Made by a program: the position numbers and the translations under genes. A stretch of 64,000 nucleotides of DNA from Cyanobacteria bacterium J06627_28 (GTDB lineage Bacteria; Cyanobacteriota; Cyanobacteriia; Phormidesmidales; Phormidesmidaceae), in contig JBCBKQ010000001.1 of assembly GCA_038521595.1 (NCBI GenBank), positions 36,507-100,506 on the forward strand, given 5' to 3'. Under the pieces are notes generated by a model. It made no database searches. It saw nothing but the letters and a program-made list of their open reading frames with translations, and was not told the DNA's origin. Below are positions 10,199 through 19,754 of this stretch, piece after piece; within the stretch, counting starts at the first letter, position 1, and each line of letters opens with the position of its first letter.

Positions 10199-11248
10199 AT
10201 GCAAACGGTTTTAAACGCTTTTCTACTGCCCGTGCTTGCGGCGGTGAGGGGTGCTTGGAAAAAAGGAATCACCTTAGCGGTCGTTATGCTGTTTGCGACT
10301 AGCTGTAGCAGCGCCTTTTTGGCGGAAACAGAAACTAACCCTTGGGAAGTCATTGCACTCCCAACGGAGGCCGCCATCTCGGATGTGTCTTTTGCCAAGG
10401 GTGGTGACCATGGCTGGCTAGTGGGCAGCCGCACAACGCTGCTCGAATCGACCGACGCGGGAAAAACCTGGGAGCCGAGAATCCTAGAGCTCGGCGAGCA
10501 GAATTATACCTTTACCTCCATTGACTTTAACGGCGATGAAGGCTGGCTGATAGGGCAGCCCAATATTATGCTGCACACCACTGATGGCGGCACGTCCTGG
10601 TCAAACATTCCCCTAGATCCTAAGCTTCCGGGCCAGCCACTGCTGGTGACTGCTGTTGGAAAAGACTCTGCGGAGTTGGCGACTGACATTGGCGCTATTT
10701 ACATTACAGAAGATGGCGGTCAGCAGTGGAAGGGTTTGGTGCAGTCGGCTGTTGGTGTTGTTCGCAACATGACGCGCAACGCAGAAGGGCGCTATGTGGC
10801 AGTCTCTTCGCGCGGTAACTTTTACTCTACTTGGCTCCCTGGCCAAGAAGCTTGGCAGCCGCACAAACGAGAGAACTCTAAGCGACTGCAAAATATGGGC
10901 TTTACCAAGGATGGCTTGCTCTGGCTGATTGCTAGAGGGGGGCAAATGCAGTTTGGCATGGAGCAGACCGAGTACGAAGAGTGGAGCGAGCCGGTTAATC
11001 CTGAGTTTGCCTCTAGCTGGGGTCTGCTGGACATTGCCTACAGAACGCCCAAAGAGCTATGGGTCACTGGTGGCAGTGGCAATCTGCTCAAGAGTGATGA
11101 CGGTGGCGAGACCTGGAAAAAAGATAAGGCCGTTGAAAACGTACCTACTAACTTCTATCGCATTAAGTTTTTGGATACGGATACTGGCTACATTCTGGGT
11201 CAACGGGGCTATTTGCTGCGCTATGAGGAGGAGCCTCAAACGGCCTAG
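10199..11248 (+). CDS. ycf48: Photosystem II assembly factor Ycf48 (HCF136 homolog); lipoprotein-type signal
   Basis: Beta-propeller repeats (GWLVGS..LLESTDAGKTW; GWLIGQ..MLHTTDGGTSW; WVTGGSGNLLKSDDGGETW) and a LFATSC lipobox. Synteny is rubA-ycf48-psbE. The start is set at MQTVLNAF; the ORF extends to 10151. Confidence 0.93.
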   Translation: MQTVLNAFLLPVLAAVRGAWKKGITLAVVMLFATSCSSAFLAETETNPWEVIALPTEAAISDVSFAKGGDHGWLVGSRTTLLESTDAGKTWEPRILELGEQNYTFTSIDFNGDEGWLIGQPNIMLHTTDGGTSWSNIPLDPKLPGQPLLVTAVGKDSAELATDIGAIYITEDGGQQWKGLVQSAVGVVRNMTRNAEGRYVAVSSRGNFYSTWLPGQEAWQPHKRENSKRLQNMGFTKDGLLWLIARGGQMQFGMEQTEYEEWSEPVNPEFASSWGLLDIAYRTPKELWVTGGSGNLLKSDDGGETWKKDKAVENVPTNFYRIKFLDTDTGYILGQRGYLLRYEEEPQTA

Positions 11249-11461
11249 GGATAAGCGCTTAATCTGTGCTGCTAGTCTTTATTGAACGTGAGCTGGCAGC
11301 GCACATTAACCAGGGGATCGAAACCGACAATGGTTGCGGCGCAGATGCCTCTGATGACTGAAATTTTTAGGAGATTCGCGAGAGTTGCTTGTGAGGAGGC
11401 CTAAGAGTTTCGTATGATAAGTATACGTTCTGACATGCTTTAGTTAGGAGATTTAAGAAAT

Positions 11462-11704
11462 ATGGCTGGCGTTACCGGCGAAAGACCTTTTGGTGACATT
11501 GTCACTAGCATCCGCTACTGGATTATTCACAGCATCACAATTCCTGCGTTGTTCATTGCAGGCTGGCTATTTGTTTCGACAGGCCTAGCGTATGACGCTT
11601 TTGGTACGCCTCGTCCTAACGAGTACTACCCTAGCAACGAAATGGAGCTGCCCATTGTGGACAGCCGTTACAACCCTGATCGCACGCTCAACTACAACGA
11701 CTAG
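11462..11704 (+). CDS. psbE: Cytochrome b559 alpha subunit
   Basis: [56 protein letters not shown] is a canonical PsbE sequence. Confidence 0.97.
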   Translation: MAGVTGERPFGDIVTSIRYWIIHSITIPALFIAGWLFVSTGLAYDAFGTPRPNEYYPSNEMELPIVDSRYNPDRTLNYND

Positions 11705-11802
11705 CATCAGCAAACTATGGCCTAACTCACATCGCAGCTTTGACCAGCCCGGTTTGGCGTTAGGCACGCTTTTTTTAGATACGACCCTTTCGGAGAATTT
11801 CC

Positions 11803-11937
11803 ATGACTAGTGGCAACCCCAACGAGCCTATTGTTTATCCCATTTTTACTGTGCGCTGGCTGTCTGTCCACGCGCTAGCTGTACCGTCTGTTTTCTTTTT
11901 GGGCGCGATCGCAGCCATGCAGTTCATCCAACGCTAG
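11803..11937 (+). CDS. psbF: Cytochrome b559 beta subunit (44 aa, hand-called)
   Basis: Hand translation: [44 protein letters not shown]. This is canonical PsbF. Confidence 0.95.
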   Translation: MTSGNPNEPIVYPIFTVRWLSVHALAVPSVFFLGAIAAMQFIQR

Positions 11938-11998
11938 AGTCTAGCCTTAGCGCTAGCCTCTAATCTACCGGCCCCCAAAATACAGGAGACCCATCCCC

Positions 11999-12121
11999 AT
12001 GGCAGATAGACCCACTAATCCAAATAAGCAGCCAGTTGAGCTAAACCGAACGTCTTTGTTTCTTGGCTTGCTTGTTGTATTTGTAACTGGCTTACTGTTT
12101 TCTAGCTATTTCTTCAACTAA
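11999..12121 (+). CDS. psbL: Photosystem II protein L (40 aa, hand-called)
   Basis: Hand translation: [40 protein letters not shown]. This is canonical PsbL. Confidence 0.95.
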   Translation: MADRPTNPNKQPVELNRTSLFLGLLVVFVTGLLFSSYFFN

Positions 12122-12231
12122 ATAGCTGCGACTGAGCTGGATAATTTTCGTCAATCGGTTGGGCTGTACCGATGCTTGAATGAGTCAAGCCAATAATCAG
12201 CCCCGTTATGTTGTGAGTAGGAGCGCGTTCC

Positions 12232-12351
12232 ATGTTTCAAAATGGCAAAATACCCCTTTGGATTGTAGCGACCGTCGCCGGCATCGGCGTGTTGGGTGTC
12301 GTTGGCATCTTTTTCTACGGATCTTATGTGGGTACTGGGTCTGCGATGTAA
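12232..12351 (+). CDS. psbJ: Photosystem II protein J (39 aa, hand-called)
   Basis: Hand translation: [39 protein letters not shown]. This is canonical PsbJ. Confidence 0.95.
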   Translation: MFQNGKIPLWIVATVAGIGVLGVVGIFFYGSYVGTGSAM

Positions 12352-12373
12352 ACGCAAGCTATTACCCGTCTTA

Positions 12374-12430
12374 CGAAAGAAAAGCGACTGGGTTGAACCA
12401 GTCGCTTTTCTTTCGTAATTTTTTCTTTTG
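12374..12430 (+). terminator. Rho-independent terminator of the psbEFLJ operon
   Basis: Perfect 18-bp stem (cgaaagaaaagcgactgg / ccagtcgcttttctttcg) with a 6-nt loop, followed by taattttttctttt. Confidence 0.85.
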
Positions 12431-12437
12431 GGAGTTG

Positions 12438-12485
12438 TTGCTCTGTTTACTGCTATGTGGGCTGCTCTGTTTACTGCTCTGTGGG
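12438..12485. repeat. Tandem repeat, 24 bp x2 (TGCTCTGTTTACTGCTMTGTGGG)
   Basis: Direct reading. Confidence 0.7.
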
Positions 12486-12528
12486 CAGCAGACAGCGAAT
12501 GGCTAGTTATGCCGAATGCTAGTTAGGC

Positions 12529-12630
12529 TTAGTCACGCTCGATGTAGAGGAAGAGGGCAGCCATCGCAACTGCGGGAAAAACCAACCCTACGGTGGGAAC
12601 AAGAAGCGTAGGTAAGAAAGAAGCTGTCAT
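12529..12630 (-). CDS. psaI: Photosystem I subunit VIII (33 aa, hand-called)
   Basis: The reverse-strand translation [33 protein letters not shown] matches the PsaI core (LP..FVPLVGLVFPAIAMA.LFL...). Confidence 0.8.
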   Translation of the reverse strand: MTASFLPTLLVPTVGLVFPAVAMAALFLYIERD

Positions 12631-13013
12631 AGTGATATCCTTCCGTAACAGAATGAATGAATGTGGCAATTGTCACTTTACGCTGTGACCAAGCACCTGA
12701 GGCGACCTATGGGGTCTGCCCTGCATTAAAACATTACTCTGATTTGGGTTCAAAATTATCATTTTGTATCTGAAGTTAAAGATCGCCTTAGCAGCTGCCA
12801 TTCATTTGAGATTCTTAATGGATTTTTATAGCTTTGCTGAAGCTGGGATAGCGGCTAGGATCACGGACTTTCTGTAATAGGGAACAGGCCCGTACATTCC
12901 CACAGATAGAGCAACTCCCCTAACAACTTCCGGTAAAGTGTGACCACGAAGAAAGAAAAATCAGTTCTTTCATTTTATTTACAGCATTTCACTTCACTGG
13001 AGATTTTTGGATT

Positions 13014-13271
13014 ATGGGCATTCTTGCTTGGATCGTTTTAGGTTTATTGGCTGGCGCGATCGCACGTGCTATCTATCCGGGTCGTCAGGGTCTAGGTATC
13101 CTAGGCACTATGGTACTCGGCATCATCGGCGCAGTTGTCGGTGGCTTTGTCGCTAGCATATTTGTGCCGGGCGCGGCAGCTGGCTTGACTATCCCCGGCG
13201 TTATCGTTGCAGTTTTGGGTGCGATTATCACACTCTTTGTTTACTACGCCATCACTAAGCGCACTGCATAG
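13014..13271 (+). CDS. GlsB/YeaQ/YmgE family (transglycosylase-associated) stress membrane protein
   Basis: 85 aa. MGILAWIVLGLLAGAIARAI.PG and the Gly-rich TM helices are typical of this family. Confidence 0.85.
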   Translation: MGILAWIVLGLLAGAIARAIYPGRQGLGILGTMVLGIIGAVVGGFVASIFVPGAAAGLTIPGVIVAVLGAIITLFVYYAITKRTA

Positions 13272-13433
13272 GCATAAACATTGCAAGCAGGTAACTGCAA
13301 ATAAGTAATTGCAAGGACTGTAACTGCAAAAAGGTGGCTGCAAAAGTAGCCAGGACTTATGCATAAAGCTTTCAAGAAAAGCTCTCAAGATCAGAGCATT
13401 AATCTGCTTTATCCTGGGTCCTTTTATTCAAAG

Positions 13434-13470
13434 AAGACCAGCCAGACAAGATGTTTAGCTGGTCTTTTTT
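13434..13470 (+). terminator. Putative Rho-independent terminator
   Basis: aagaccagc / gctggtctt 9-bp stem with a 15-nt loop, followed by a T6 run. Confidence 0.55.
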
Positions 13471-13524
13471 ATATCTAGCCATACAAGACATACGCCCTAT
13501 TTCAAAGAATACGTCCCAACGTTA

Positions 13525-14985
13525 ATGGCAAAAAAACAAGCATCGCTGAACGCCTCCGTTGAGGCTGGAAACATGTCTACATCCGCGCAGGGAGCTGCGA
13601 TTACAAAACAGCTCCAGCAGTACGAAACACTCAAAGAAGGCACCATTGACTTCATTTTTGATGCAGAAGGTGAACTGGCTACCGCATTTGAGAGATTTTC
13701 AGCAAAACAGCTGCTGCGCTGGTCTAATCCAAAGCTGTCTGGATTGGATCGTAATAGCCTCACGATGGATCTGTTTATCACAGAAGGAAGCGTAGCTGGA
13801 GAAAGCGTTATCCAGCACTACTTGCAAGCAAACGGCAGCAACCTAGAGCCCATTGCGCAAGATCAAATCAGCCAGTGGACAAAAGGATTCATGGGTTTGT
13901 TTGAAGTGCAGGCGACGATAGATAGTGAAAATGCCCCAAAGGAATACACCTTAAAAAATTGGCTGACGGAGAAGTCCTACAGCACCTATGCCAACACCCT
14001 ACAGTCGGCAGAGATTACGAAGCGAGTTAAAAAAGGAGAGATTGTTCTTGCGTTGTTAATGCCTCTGAGCGAGCAAGCATGGACATTTTCTGGGCCCATT
14101 ACTGTGTTGGGCAAGCTGGGCAAACCTAAACTGGCTGTGGCTATCGGCAACTTTAAGAAATGGTTTCCTGAGCAGCTCTATGGCAATGCGCCAGACCTCA
14201 AAGAGGCAGCATGGAAATCTGTAAAGCAGCAGTATGACGACTTTATTGAGATTTTTGGTGAGACGCCCGTGACCCTCCCAGGGCGCGAACTCAATGAAAA
14301 GCTACAGGCCTACCAGCAAGAATCTACGGCTAAGCAGCTGGCAGCAGCTGGCATAGATAGCAATCAGTCTTTGCAGGATATGGCAAAGGAGGCCGGGCTT
14401 TCAGCAGAGGAGGTCAGTGATGCGATCGCAGCTGTCGGCGAAGAAAATAAAGTTGCTCAAGCCCTGCTCAGCAGCAAACAGTCACTCAAAATGGTGATGC
14501 CTAAGGTGCAACTACCTGACGACTTGCGCCAGGCCAATGCCGTAACGGTGTTTTCACATCCCCGTTGGGGACAGACGTTTTTGGCAGATTATCAAAAGTT
14601 TGATGGGCTTTTGCAAACTGCGCAGGCTGAGCGGACTGAGGAAATTTTGAATGAATTGCAGGCCTATACGCTCAAGTATCTGGAAAATGAACAGGCGAAT
14701 GCCCATGTGTGGCAGCACATCCGCACAGTGCACGGCAAAGCCATTGAGCCGCTTATCCGCACGGTTGCCAATCAGCCAAATTTTGACATTGATCAAGATT
14801 TAGCAGCGCTGCTCATGGGCTATGACAAACCGATGGAGCCAACGCTGCCGGAGAGCGCAAGCGTACCGATTCACCTACATAATTTATTCCAAGAAGCGAT
14901 GAAGGCCGTTGGGAAAACAGCGGGTGAGCCTAGCAATAAGAAAAAAAAGAAGGCGAAAAAGAAATCATCTGGGTTTGGGAGCTAA
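13525..14985 (+). CDS. Hypothetical protein, 486 aa, with a poly-lysine C-terminal tail
   Basis: Long clean ORF with no competing frame. I recognised no family. It ends in EPSNKKKKKAKKKSSGFGS. Confidence 0.6.
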   Translation: MAKKQASLNASVEAGNMSTSAQGAAITKQLQQYETLKEGTIDFIFDAEGELATAFERFSAKQLLRWSNPKLSGLDRNSLTMDLFITEGSVAGESVIQHYLQANGSNLEPIAQDQISQWTKGFMGLFEVQATIDSENAPKEYTLKNWLTEKSYSTYANTLQSAEITKRVKKGEIVLALLMPLSEQAWTFSGPITVLGKLGKPKLAVAIGNFKKWFPEQLYGNAPDLKEAAWKSVKQQYDDFIEIFGETPVTLPGRELNEKLQAYQQESTAKQLAAAGIDSNQSLQDMAKEAGLSAEEVSDAIAAVGEENKVAQALLSSKQSLKMVMPKVQLPDDLRQANAVTVFSHPRWGQTFLADYQKFDGLLQTAQAERTEEILNELQAYTLKYLENEQANAHVWQHIRTVHGKAIEPLIRTVANQPNFDIDQDLAALLMGYDKPMEPTLPESASVPIHLHNLFQEAMKAVGKTAGEPSNKKKKKAKKKSSGFGS

Positions 14986-15010
14986 AAGGATTGGAGCTAA
15001 ACGCAGCGAA

Positions 15011-16450
15011 TCACTTTTTCTGTGCTTTGTAGCGCTCTTTGAAGATTGCCTGCTGTTCTTTGTGATCGACGATTTTTGTGGGGTAGCCCGTGCCTTCTAA
15101 GGCGCGTGGGTCAATGTCACCACTGACTAGCAGCGAAGTATTGAGATGCCGAATTTCTGGCAACCATTGCCGAATGTATTCGGCATCGGGATCATATTTT
15201 TTGGCCTGACTAGCTGGATTAAAAATGCGCAGAGGCTTGGGATCCATGCCGCTAGAGGCGCTCCACTGCCAGCCGCCATTGTTAGAAGAGAGATCGCCAT
15301 CGACCAGCTTTTGCATAAAGTACTTTTCGCCCCAGCGCCAGTCAATGATGAGGTCTTTGGTCAAAAAGCTGGCGACAATCATGCGGCAGCGATTGTGCAT
15401 CCAGCCGGTTTCGTTGAGCTGACGCATGGCCGCATCTACGATAGGGTAGCCGGTTTTACCATCGCACCAAGCCTGAAATAAATCCTTGTCATTGTCCCAG
15501 GGAAAGTCTTTAAGCGGGTCACGGTAGGGGCCTTCTGCCAGCTCTGGGAAATGGAACATTACGGACTGATAAAATTCGCGCCAGGCAATTTCTTTTTGCC
15601 AGGTTTGAATATTGGTGTGGGTTTCTTCGCTGCGAGCACGGCTGTAGGCATCGGCAGCATATTGCCAGACGGTGCGGATGCCAAGGGTACCAAACTTGAG
15701 CGCGGCGCTTAAGGCAGAGGTGCCTGGATTCGCTGGATAGTTTCTTTGCTCATCGTATTCTGCGATAGCCCTCTGGTCATCGCAGAAGGTTTCTAATTGG
15801 GCAAGGGCAGCGGCTTCGCCGGGCTCTAGTAAAAAGCCATTTTCCCACTCGTAGCCGAGGTCTTTGGCACTGGGCAGCTCGATATTGCCAGCGTTGTTAG
15901 CGACTGCTTTTTCATGAGGGCTCAATCCAGTAACATCGGCCAGGATCGCCACAGGTTCTTGCTTTGGCTGCTGGTTCCACTTGCGCCAGAAGGGCGTATA
16001 CACCTTATAAGGATCGCCGCCGCCCGTTTTGAGTGCATCGGGTGGGTGGAGCAGCTGATCCCAGTATTGGGTAGAGCGCTCAATGTCTTTTTCCTTTAGT
16101 GCATTTGCGACGTCGGTATCGCGGGCTCGGGAGTAGGGTTCTACATCTCGATTCCAATAGACGGCGACGGCCTCTAGGGCGCTGGCTAGTTTGGGGATCG
16201 CCTGAACGGGATCGCCTTTCAAGATGAGGAGCTCACTCCCCGCACTTTTGTAGCTGTCTTGCAGCTCTGCCAAGGAGCCGATCATGTAGGCGACGCGGGC
16301 CGGAGCGATGGCGTCGGTGTCAAGGATGCCAGGATCTAGGCAGAAAACGCCGATGACTTTTGAAGTGCGATCGCGCGCCGCAGACAAGCCCAAGTTATCT
16401 CGAATTCGTAAGTCCCGACGATGCCAAAACAGCACCAAATCATCTGCCAT
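15011..16450 (-). CDS. phr: Deoxyribodipyrimidine (CPD) photolyase, class I
   Basis: LVLFWHRRDLRIRDN at the N-terminus. The FAD-binding region is TGYPIVDAAMRQLNETGWMHNRCRMIVASFLTKDL...GGWQW. Confidence 0.95.
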   Translation of the reverse strand: MADDLVLFWHRRDLRIRDNLGLSAARDRTSKVIGVFCLDPGILDTDAIAPARVAYMIGSLAELQDSYKSAGSELLILKGDPVQAIPKLASALEAVAVYWNRDVEPYSRARDTDVANALKEKDIERSTQYWDQLLHPPDALKTGGGDPYKVYTPFWRKWNQQPKQEPVAILADVTGLSPHEKAVANNAGNIELPSAKDLGYEWENGFLLEPGEAAALAQLETFCDDQRAIAEYDEQRNYPANPGTSALSAALKFGTLGIRTVWQYAADAYSRARSEETHTNIQTWQKEIAWREFYQSVMFHFPELAEGPYRDPLKDFPWDNDKDLFQAWCDGKTGYPIVDAAMRQLNETGWMHNRCRMIVASFLTKDLIIDWRWGEKYFMQKLVDGDLSSNNGGWQWSASSGMDPKPLRIFNPASQAKKYDPDAEYIRQWLPEIRHLNTSLLVSGDIDPRALEGTGYPTKIVDHKEQQAIFKERYKAQKK

Positions 16451-16575
16451 AGCTACCCAACCTAACCGTCATTTACAAAAGGTTATCGGGCCTCAGTATA
16501 GCGAGCCTTTTGAGATAGGGATAGGGACTAAAGGTTGAAAGTGCTACCAGCACTCCTAGCATTAGAGATACAACG

Positions 16576-17121
16576 TCAAAGGTGCGACCTAGCCATGTAA
16601 AAAGCTGCAATCGTCTTGGCATCCATCGGCACGCCGTCTAAAATCGCCTTCTCTAGCGTAGCGGCATCCATCAGCACCACTTCTAAGTCCTCGTCTTCTT
16701 CGAGCTGCGGCCCATCCGGCAGCTTCTCTAAATCTGTCGCCAAGTAGGCGTAGATAATCTCGTCAGAATAGCCCGGCGCGTTGGGAAACTGGCCCAGCGT
16801 TTTCCAGGTTGAGGCGCGGTACCCCGTCTCCTCTTCAATTTCCCTTTTGATAGTGGTGAGCGGTTCTTCACCAATTTCGACGGTACCGGCAGGAAACTCT
16901 AACAATCGGCCCTGCATGGCAAATCGATACTGACGCACCAGCACAAACTGCCCGTCTGCGGTGACGGGGACAGCCATTGAACCGCCGGGGTGGCGAATCC
17001 ATTCCCAGTCGCCAATGGACTTATTGGGCAGCTCAAAGCGGGAGACTTCAAAGTTAAACTTTCTACCTTCAAAAAATAGACGGTGTTTGATTAACTTTGG
17101 CGGTTCTTGGCCGAAGGTCAT
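16576..17121 (-). CDS. NUDIX hydrolase (ADP-ribose pyrophosphatase-like)
   Basis: Nudix box: GTVEIGEEPLTTIKREIEEETGY. Confidence 0.85.
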   Translation of the reverse strand: MTFGQEPPKLIKHRLFFEGRKFNFEVSRFELPNKSIGDWEWIRHPGGSMAVPVTADGQFVLVRQYRFAMQGRLLEFPAGTVEIGEEPLTTIKREIEEETGYRASTWKTLGQFPNAPGYSDEIIYAYLATDLEKLPDGPQLEEDEDLEVVLMDAATLEKAILDGVPMDAKTIAAFYMARSHL

Positions 17122-17127
17122 GGGAGA

Positions 17128-17766
17128 TTATTTTCCTTGTGACACGGTTTGTGACTCATACGAGGTGGATTCATGGCATGTGAGCCTTTTGACGCCGGTC
17201 ATCAGCCCCTGAGCGACCAGCTGATGATGCAGCTGCTCCACGGTTTTATGCAGTGTAGGGTGCTGCCACTGAGAGGCGATATCCATCAGCGGAATGAGCA
17301 CAAAAGGACGCTCGTGCAGGCGGGGATGAGGCACGCTTAGCTGTGGAAGATCGATGGTGCGATCGCCATAAAAAAGCAGATCTAAGTCTAGCGATCTGGC
17401 CCCCCAGCGCTCTTTACGAACGCGGCCAAACTGATTTTCGATAGAGAGTAACCGATACAGCAATTCCCAGGCGCTGAGGCTCGTTGTCACGGTAATGCAG
17501 GCGTTGATATAGTCGGGCTGAGGGGGGCCAACGGGGGCCGTTTTGTAGAGGTGCGATCGCGCTGTTACTGAGATTTGCGCCGAGGTATCTATTGCCTGTA
17601 TTGCATCCAGCAGGATTTGCCGCGAATCGCCTAAGTTACTACCCAGTGCGATCGCGGCACCCATGGGATCAAGTGCCCCTGGAAAGTCAAACTGGCTCTC
17701 AAAAAGTTGTGACATCAAAGCTGGGCATCCCTGTGGTGGGATGCCCTCATAAAAAGCGCTTGCCAA
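17128..17766 (-). CDS. folK: 2-amino-4-hydroxy-6-hydroxymethyldihydropteridine diphosphokinase (start may be internal)
   Basis: AIALGSNLGDS...YKTAPVGPPQPDYINA...WGARSLDLDLLFYGD...VPHPRLHERPFVLIPL are HPPK motifs. Confidence 0.9.
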   Translation of the reverse strand: MASAFYEGIPPQGCPALMSQLFESQFDFPGALDPMGAAIALGSNLGDSRQILLDAIQAIDTSAQISVTARSHLYKTAPVGPPQPDYINACITVTTSLSAWELLYRLLSIENQFGRVRKERWGARSLDLDLLFYGDRTIDLPQLSVPHPRLHERPFVLIPLMDIASQWQHPTLHKTVEQLHHQLVAQGLMTGVKRLTCHESTSYESQTVSQGK

Positions 17767-17820
17767 AGAAATGCTAGCCGAAAAGGCCTGGCCTCGAAAG
17801 GCGCTAGCCTAAGCGCTCAA

Positions 17821-18144
17821 TTAAGCGCTCAATGCACCGCGCACTCGGCTGACCAACTGGTCTGCAGTTAACACGCCTTCGATGCGATCTACAGCCTGGC
17901 CCTCGTTAAAGAGCACGAGGGTTGGCAGCGCGTGAATTTGATGCTGGGAGGCGATTTCGGGATAACGCTCTGTGTCGATTTTGACGACTTGGATTTCGTC
18001 TCTCATTTCAGCGCCTACCTGCACCAAAATTTTGGACATCATTTGGCAAGGGCCGCACCAGTCTGCGTAAAAGTCTACTAAGATTGGCTGCTGTGAACCG
18101 CTAACCAAATCATCGAAACTTTTGAATTCTTGTTTGACTGCCAT
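17821..18144 (-). CDS. Thioredoxin (start set at MAVKQEF; the ORF extends to 18192)
   Basis: WCGPCQ active site in a 107-aa thioredoxin fold (ILVDFYADWCGPCQMM...LPTLVLF). Confidence 0.9.
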   Translation of the reverse strand: MAVKQEFKSFDDLVSGSQQPILVDFYADWCGPCQMMSKILVQVGAEMRDEIQVVKIDTERYPEIASQHQIHALPTLVLFNEGQAVDRIEGVLTADQLVSRVRGALSA

Positions 18145-18376
18145 AGATCTTGTAAAAGTACGAGGGAAGAAGAGTACGAGGAAAGACAACACATACAGCC
18201 AAGCACCCTAATGCGTTAGGACGCTTGCTTTTGAAGCATTGCCTATTTTACGAGGACTGTCGCCTTTAGTCGTGTCTTAGGCAACGCTTCAAAAGCCATA
18301 TACGTTAAGTGCCTACTTTAGCGGCTATGGCCAAAACTTGTGTACTTGCAACGCAATATTTTAAGACTATGCAACA

Positions 18377-18430
18377 AAATTCACCGTTAAATCCACAGCG
18401 AAATTCACCGTTAAATCCACAGCGAAATTT
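18377..18430. repeat. Tandem repeat, 24 bp x2.3 (AAATTCACCGTTAAATCCACAGCG)
   Basis: Direct reading: two perfect units plus a partial third. Confidence 0.85.
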
Positions 18431-18442
18431 TACAGCCAAATT

Positions 18443-19150
18443 CTAGAGCCAAACACTAACTGGCTGGGGCCGAGACTGCAATCCACTCGTGAACTGCTTA
18501 ACAAAAGCACAGAACGTTTCCATCAGCACCGGGTTATACCAGCCTCTATCGGCCTCAGCAACCATAATGCGTAACGTTTCAGCAGGTGAGTAAGCGGATT
18601 TGTAGGGGCGTTTACTCGTCAGGGCATCGTAGACGTCTACGAGCTGAAAGACCTGCACTAAAAAAGGAATTTCATAACCGGCCAAACCGTCTGGGTAGCC
18701 AGAGCCGTTCCATCGTTCATGGTGATGACGGATGATGGGTAATACCGCGCTGAGGGTGCTGAGGGGCTGACAAAGTTGCTCTCCAGCGATGACGTGCTCT
18801 CGCATGATGTCAAACTCAGCGGCAGATAGCTTGCCCCGCTTGAGCAAAATATGATCTGGCGTAGTGACTTTGCCAATGTCATGGAGGTACGCCCCCCAAA
18901 CCAATACACGAATATCTCGATCCGAGAGATCTAGATATGTACCCAGGGCCTGAACCAGCTTGGCAACGCGATCGCAATGGTCAATCGTATGTGTGTCTTG
19001 CCGAGCTAATATCGGCATAAGCTGACATAGTATCTGCTCATCAGAAACCGAATCACCAGAAACCGAATCACCAGAAACCGAATCATTAAATCTGAGATGT
19101 TCAGATCCCGCCCACCCCAATAGATAATTTTTAGCAGGCTTAATTAACAT
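18443..19150 (-). CDS. HD-GYP domain protein (putative c-di-GMP phosphodiesterase)
   Basis: H..HCDRVA, LHDIGK, HHERWNGSGYPDGL. The N-terminal SGDSVSGDSVSD is encoded by a 15-bp x3 repeat at 19042-19086. Confidence 0.85.
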   Translation of the reverse strand: MLIKPAKNYLLGWAGSEHLRFNDSVSGDSVSGDSVSDEQILCQLMPILARQDTHTIDHCDRVAKLVQALGTYLDLSDRDIRVLVWGAYLHDIGKVTTPDHILLKRGKLSAAEFDIMREHVIAGEQLCQPLSTLSAVLPIIRHHHERWNGSGYPDGLAGYEIPFLVQVFQLVDVYDALTSKRPYKSAYSPAETLRIMVAEADRGWYNPVLMETFCAFVKQFTSGLQSRPQPVSVWL

Positions 19151-19754
19151 TGAGCGCCTTCACCATAGGAGTTAAGCCCCGTCCCTAAACGTAACTAGAC
19201 TGATTAAAAATCACTGGAAAGCAGCATCTGAAAGTAATAAGGCTTTCAGCATGCGACAACGACTTCTGGCTAAATAAAATGGCTAAATAAACTAGCTAAA
19301 TAAAATAAACTGATAATCTCGATTAAATGCCGTTACTTTTCAAAACTCTATTTGAAAATTACAGCTCACTTCATGGGCTCACAACAGGTAAAAGTAGAGA
19401 ATGAGAAGAGGCTTGCAGTAGAGAAAGTAGGTAGACTTTAGACTACAAGTAGGTAAGTAGAGCCTTTAAGCGACAAGCTGACAAAATGGTAATAGCATTT
19501 AAGTATCCCTTGGAGTAGCGACAAGGTAGCAACTTTGCAAATCATAATCGCCTACTGACCTATGGCAACTATGCTCTGTAGTCAGAAGTAAATCCAGCAC
19601 TCTCGCCGGTCACGTTTAGCTTTATTGCAATGCAATAACAGATCCAGAACTCGTATGGCTGTTATCAATAGTTTCGCAAAGAAGTCCTGCTGAGAGAAGG
19701 CTGCTGTATCAGGAAATTGTCAAATACTCATGGAATGACGAAACCTACGACTAC

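Noticed and set aside
12180-12506. 108-aa ORF spanning psbJ and the following repeat
   Set aside because: It is off-frame to the canonical PsbJ coding sequence and reads through the operon terminator and a tandem repeat.
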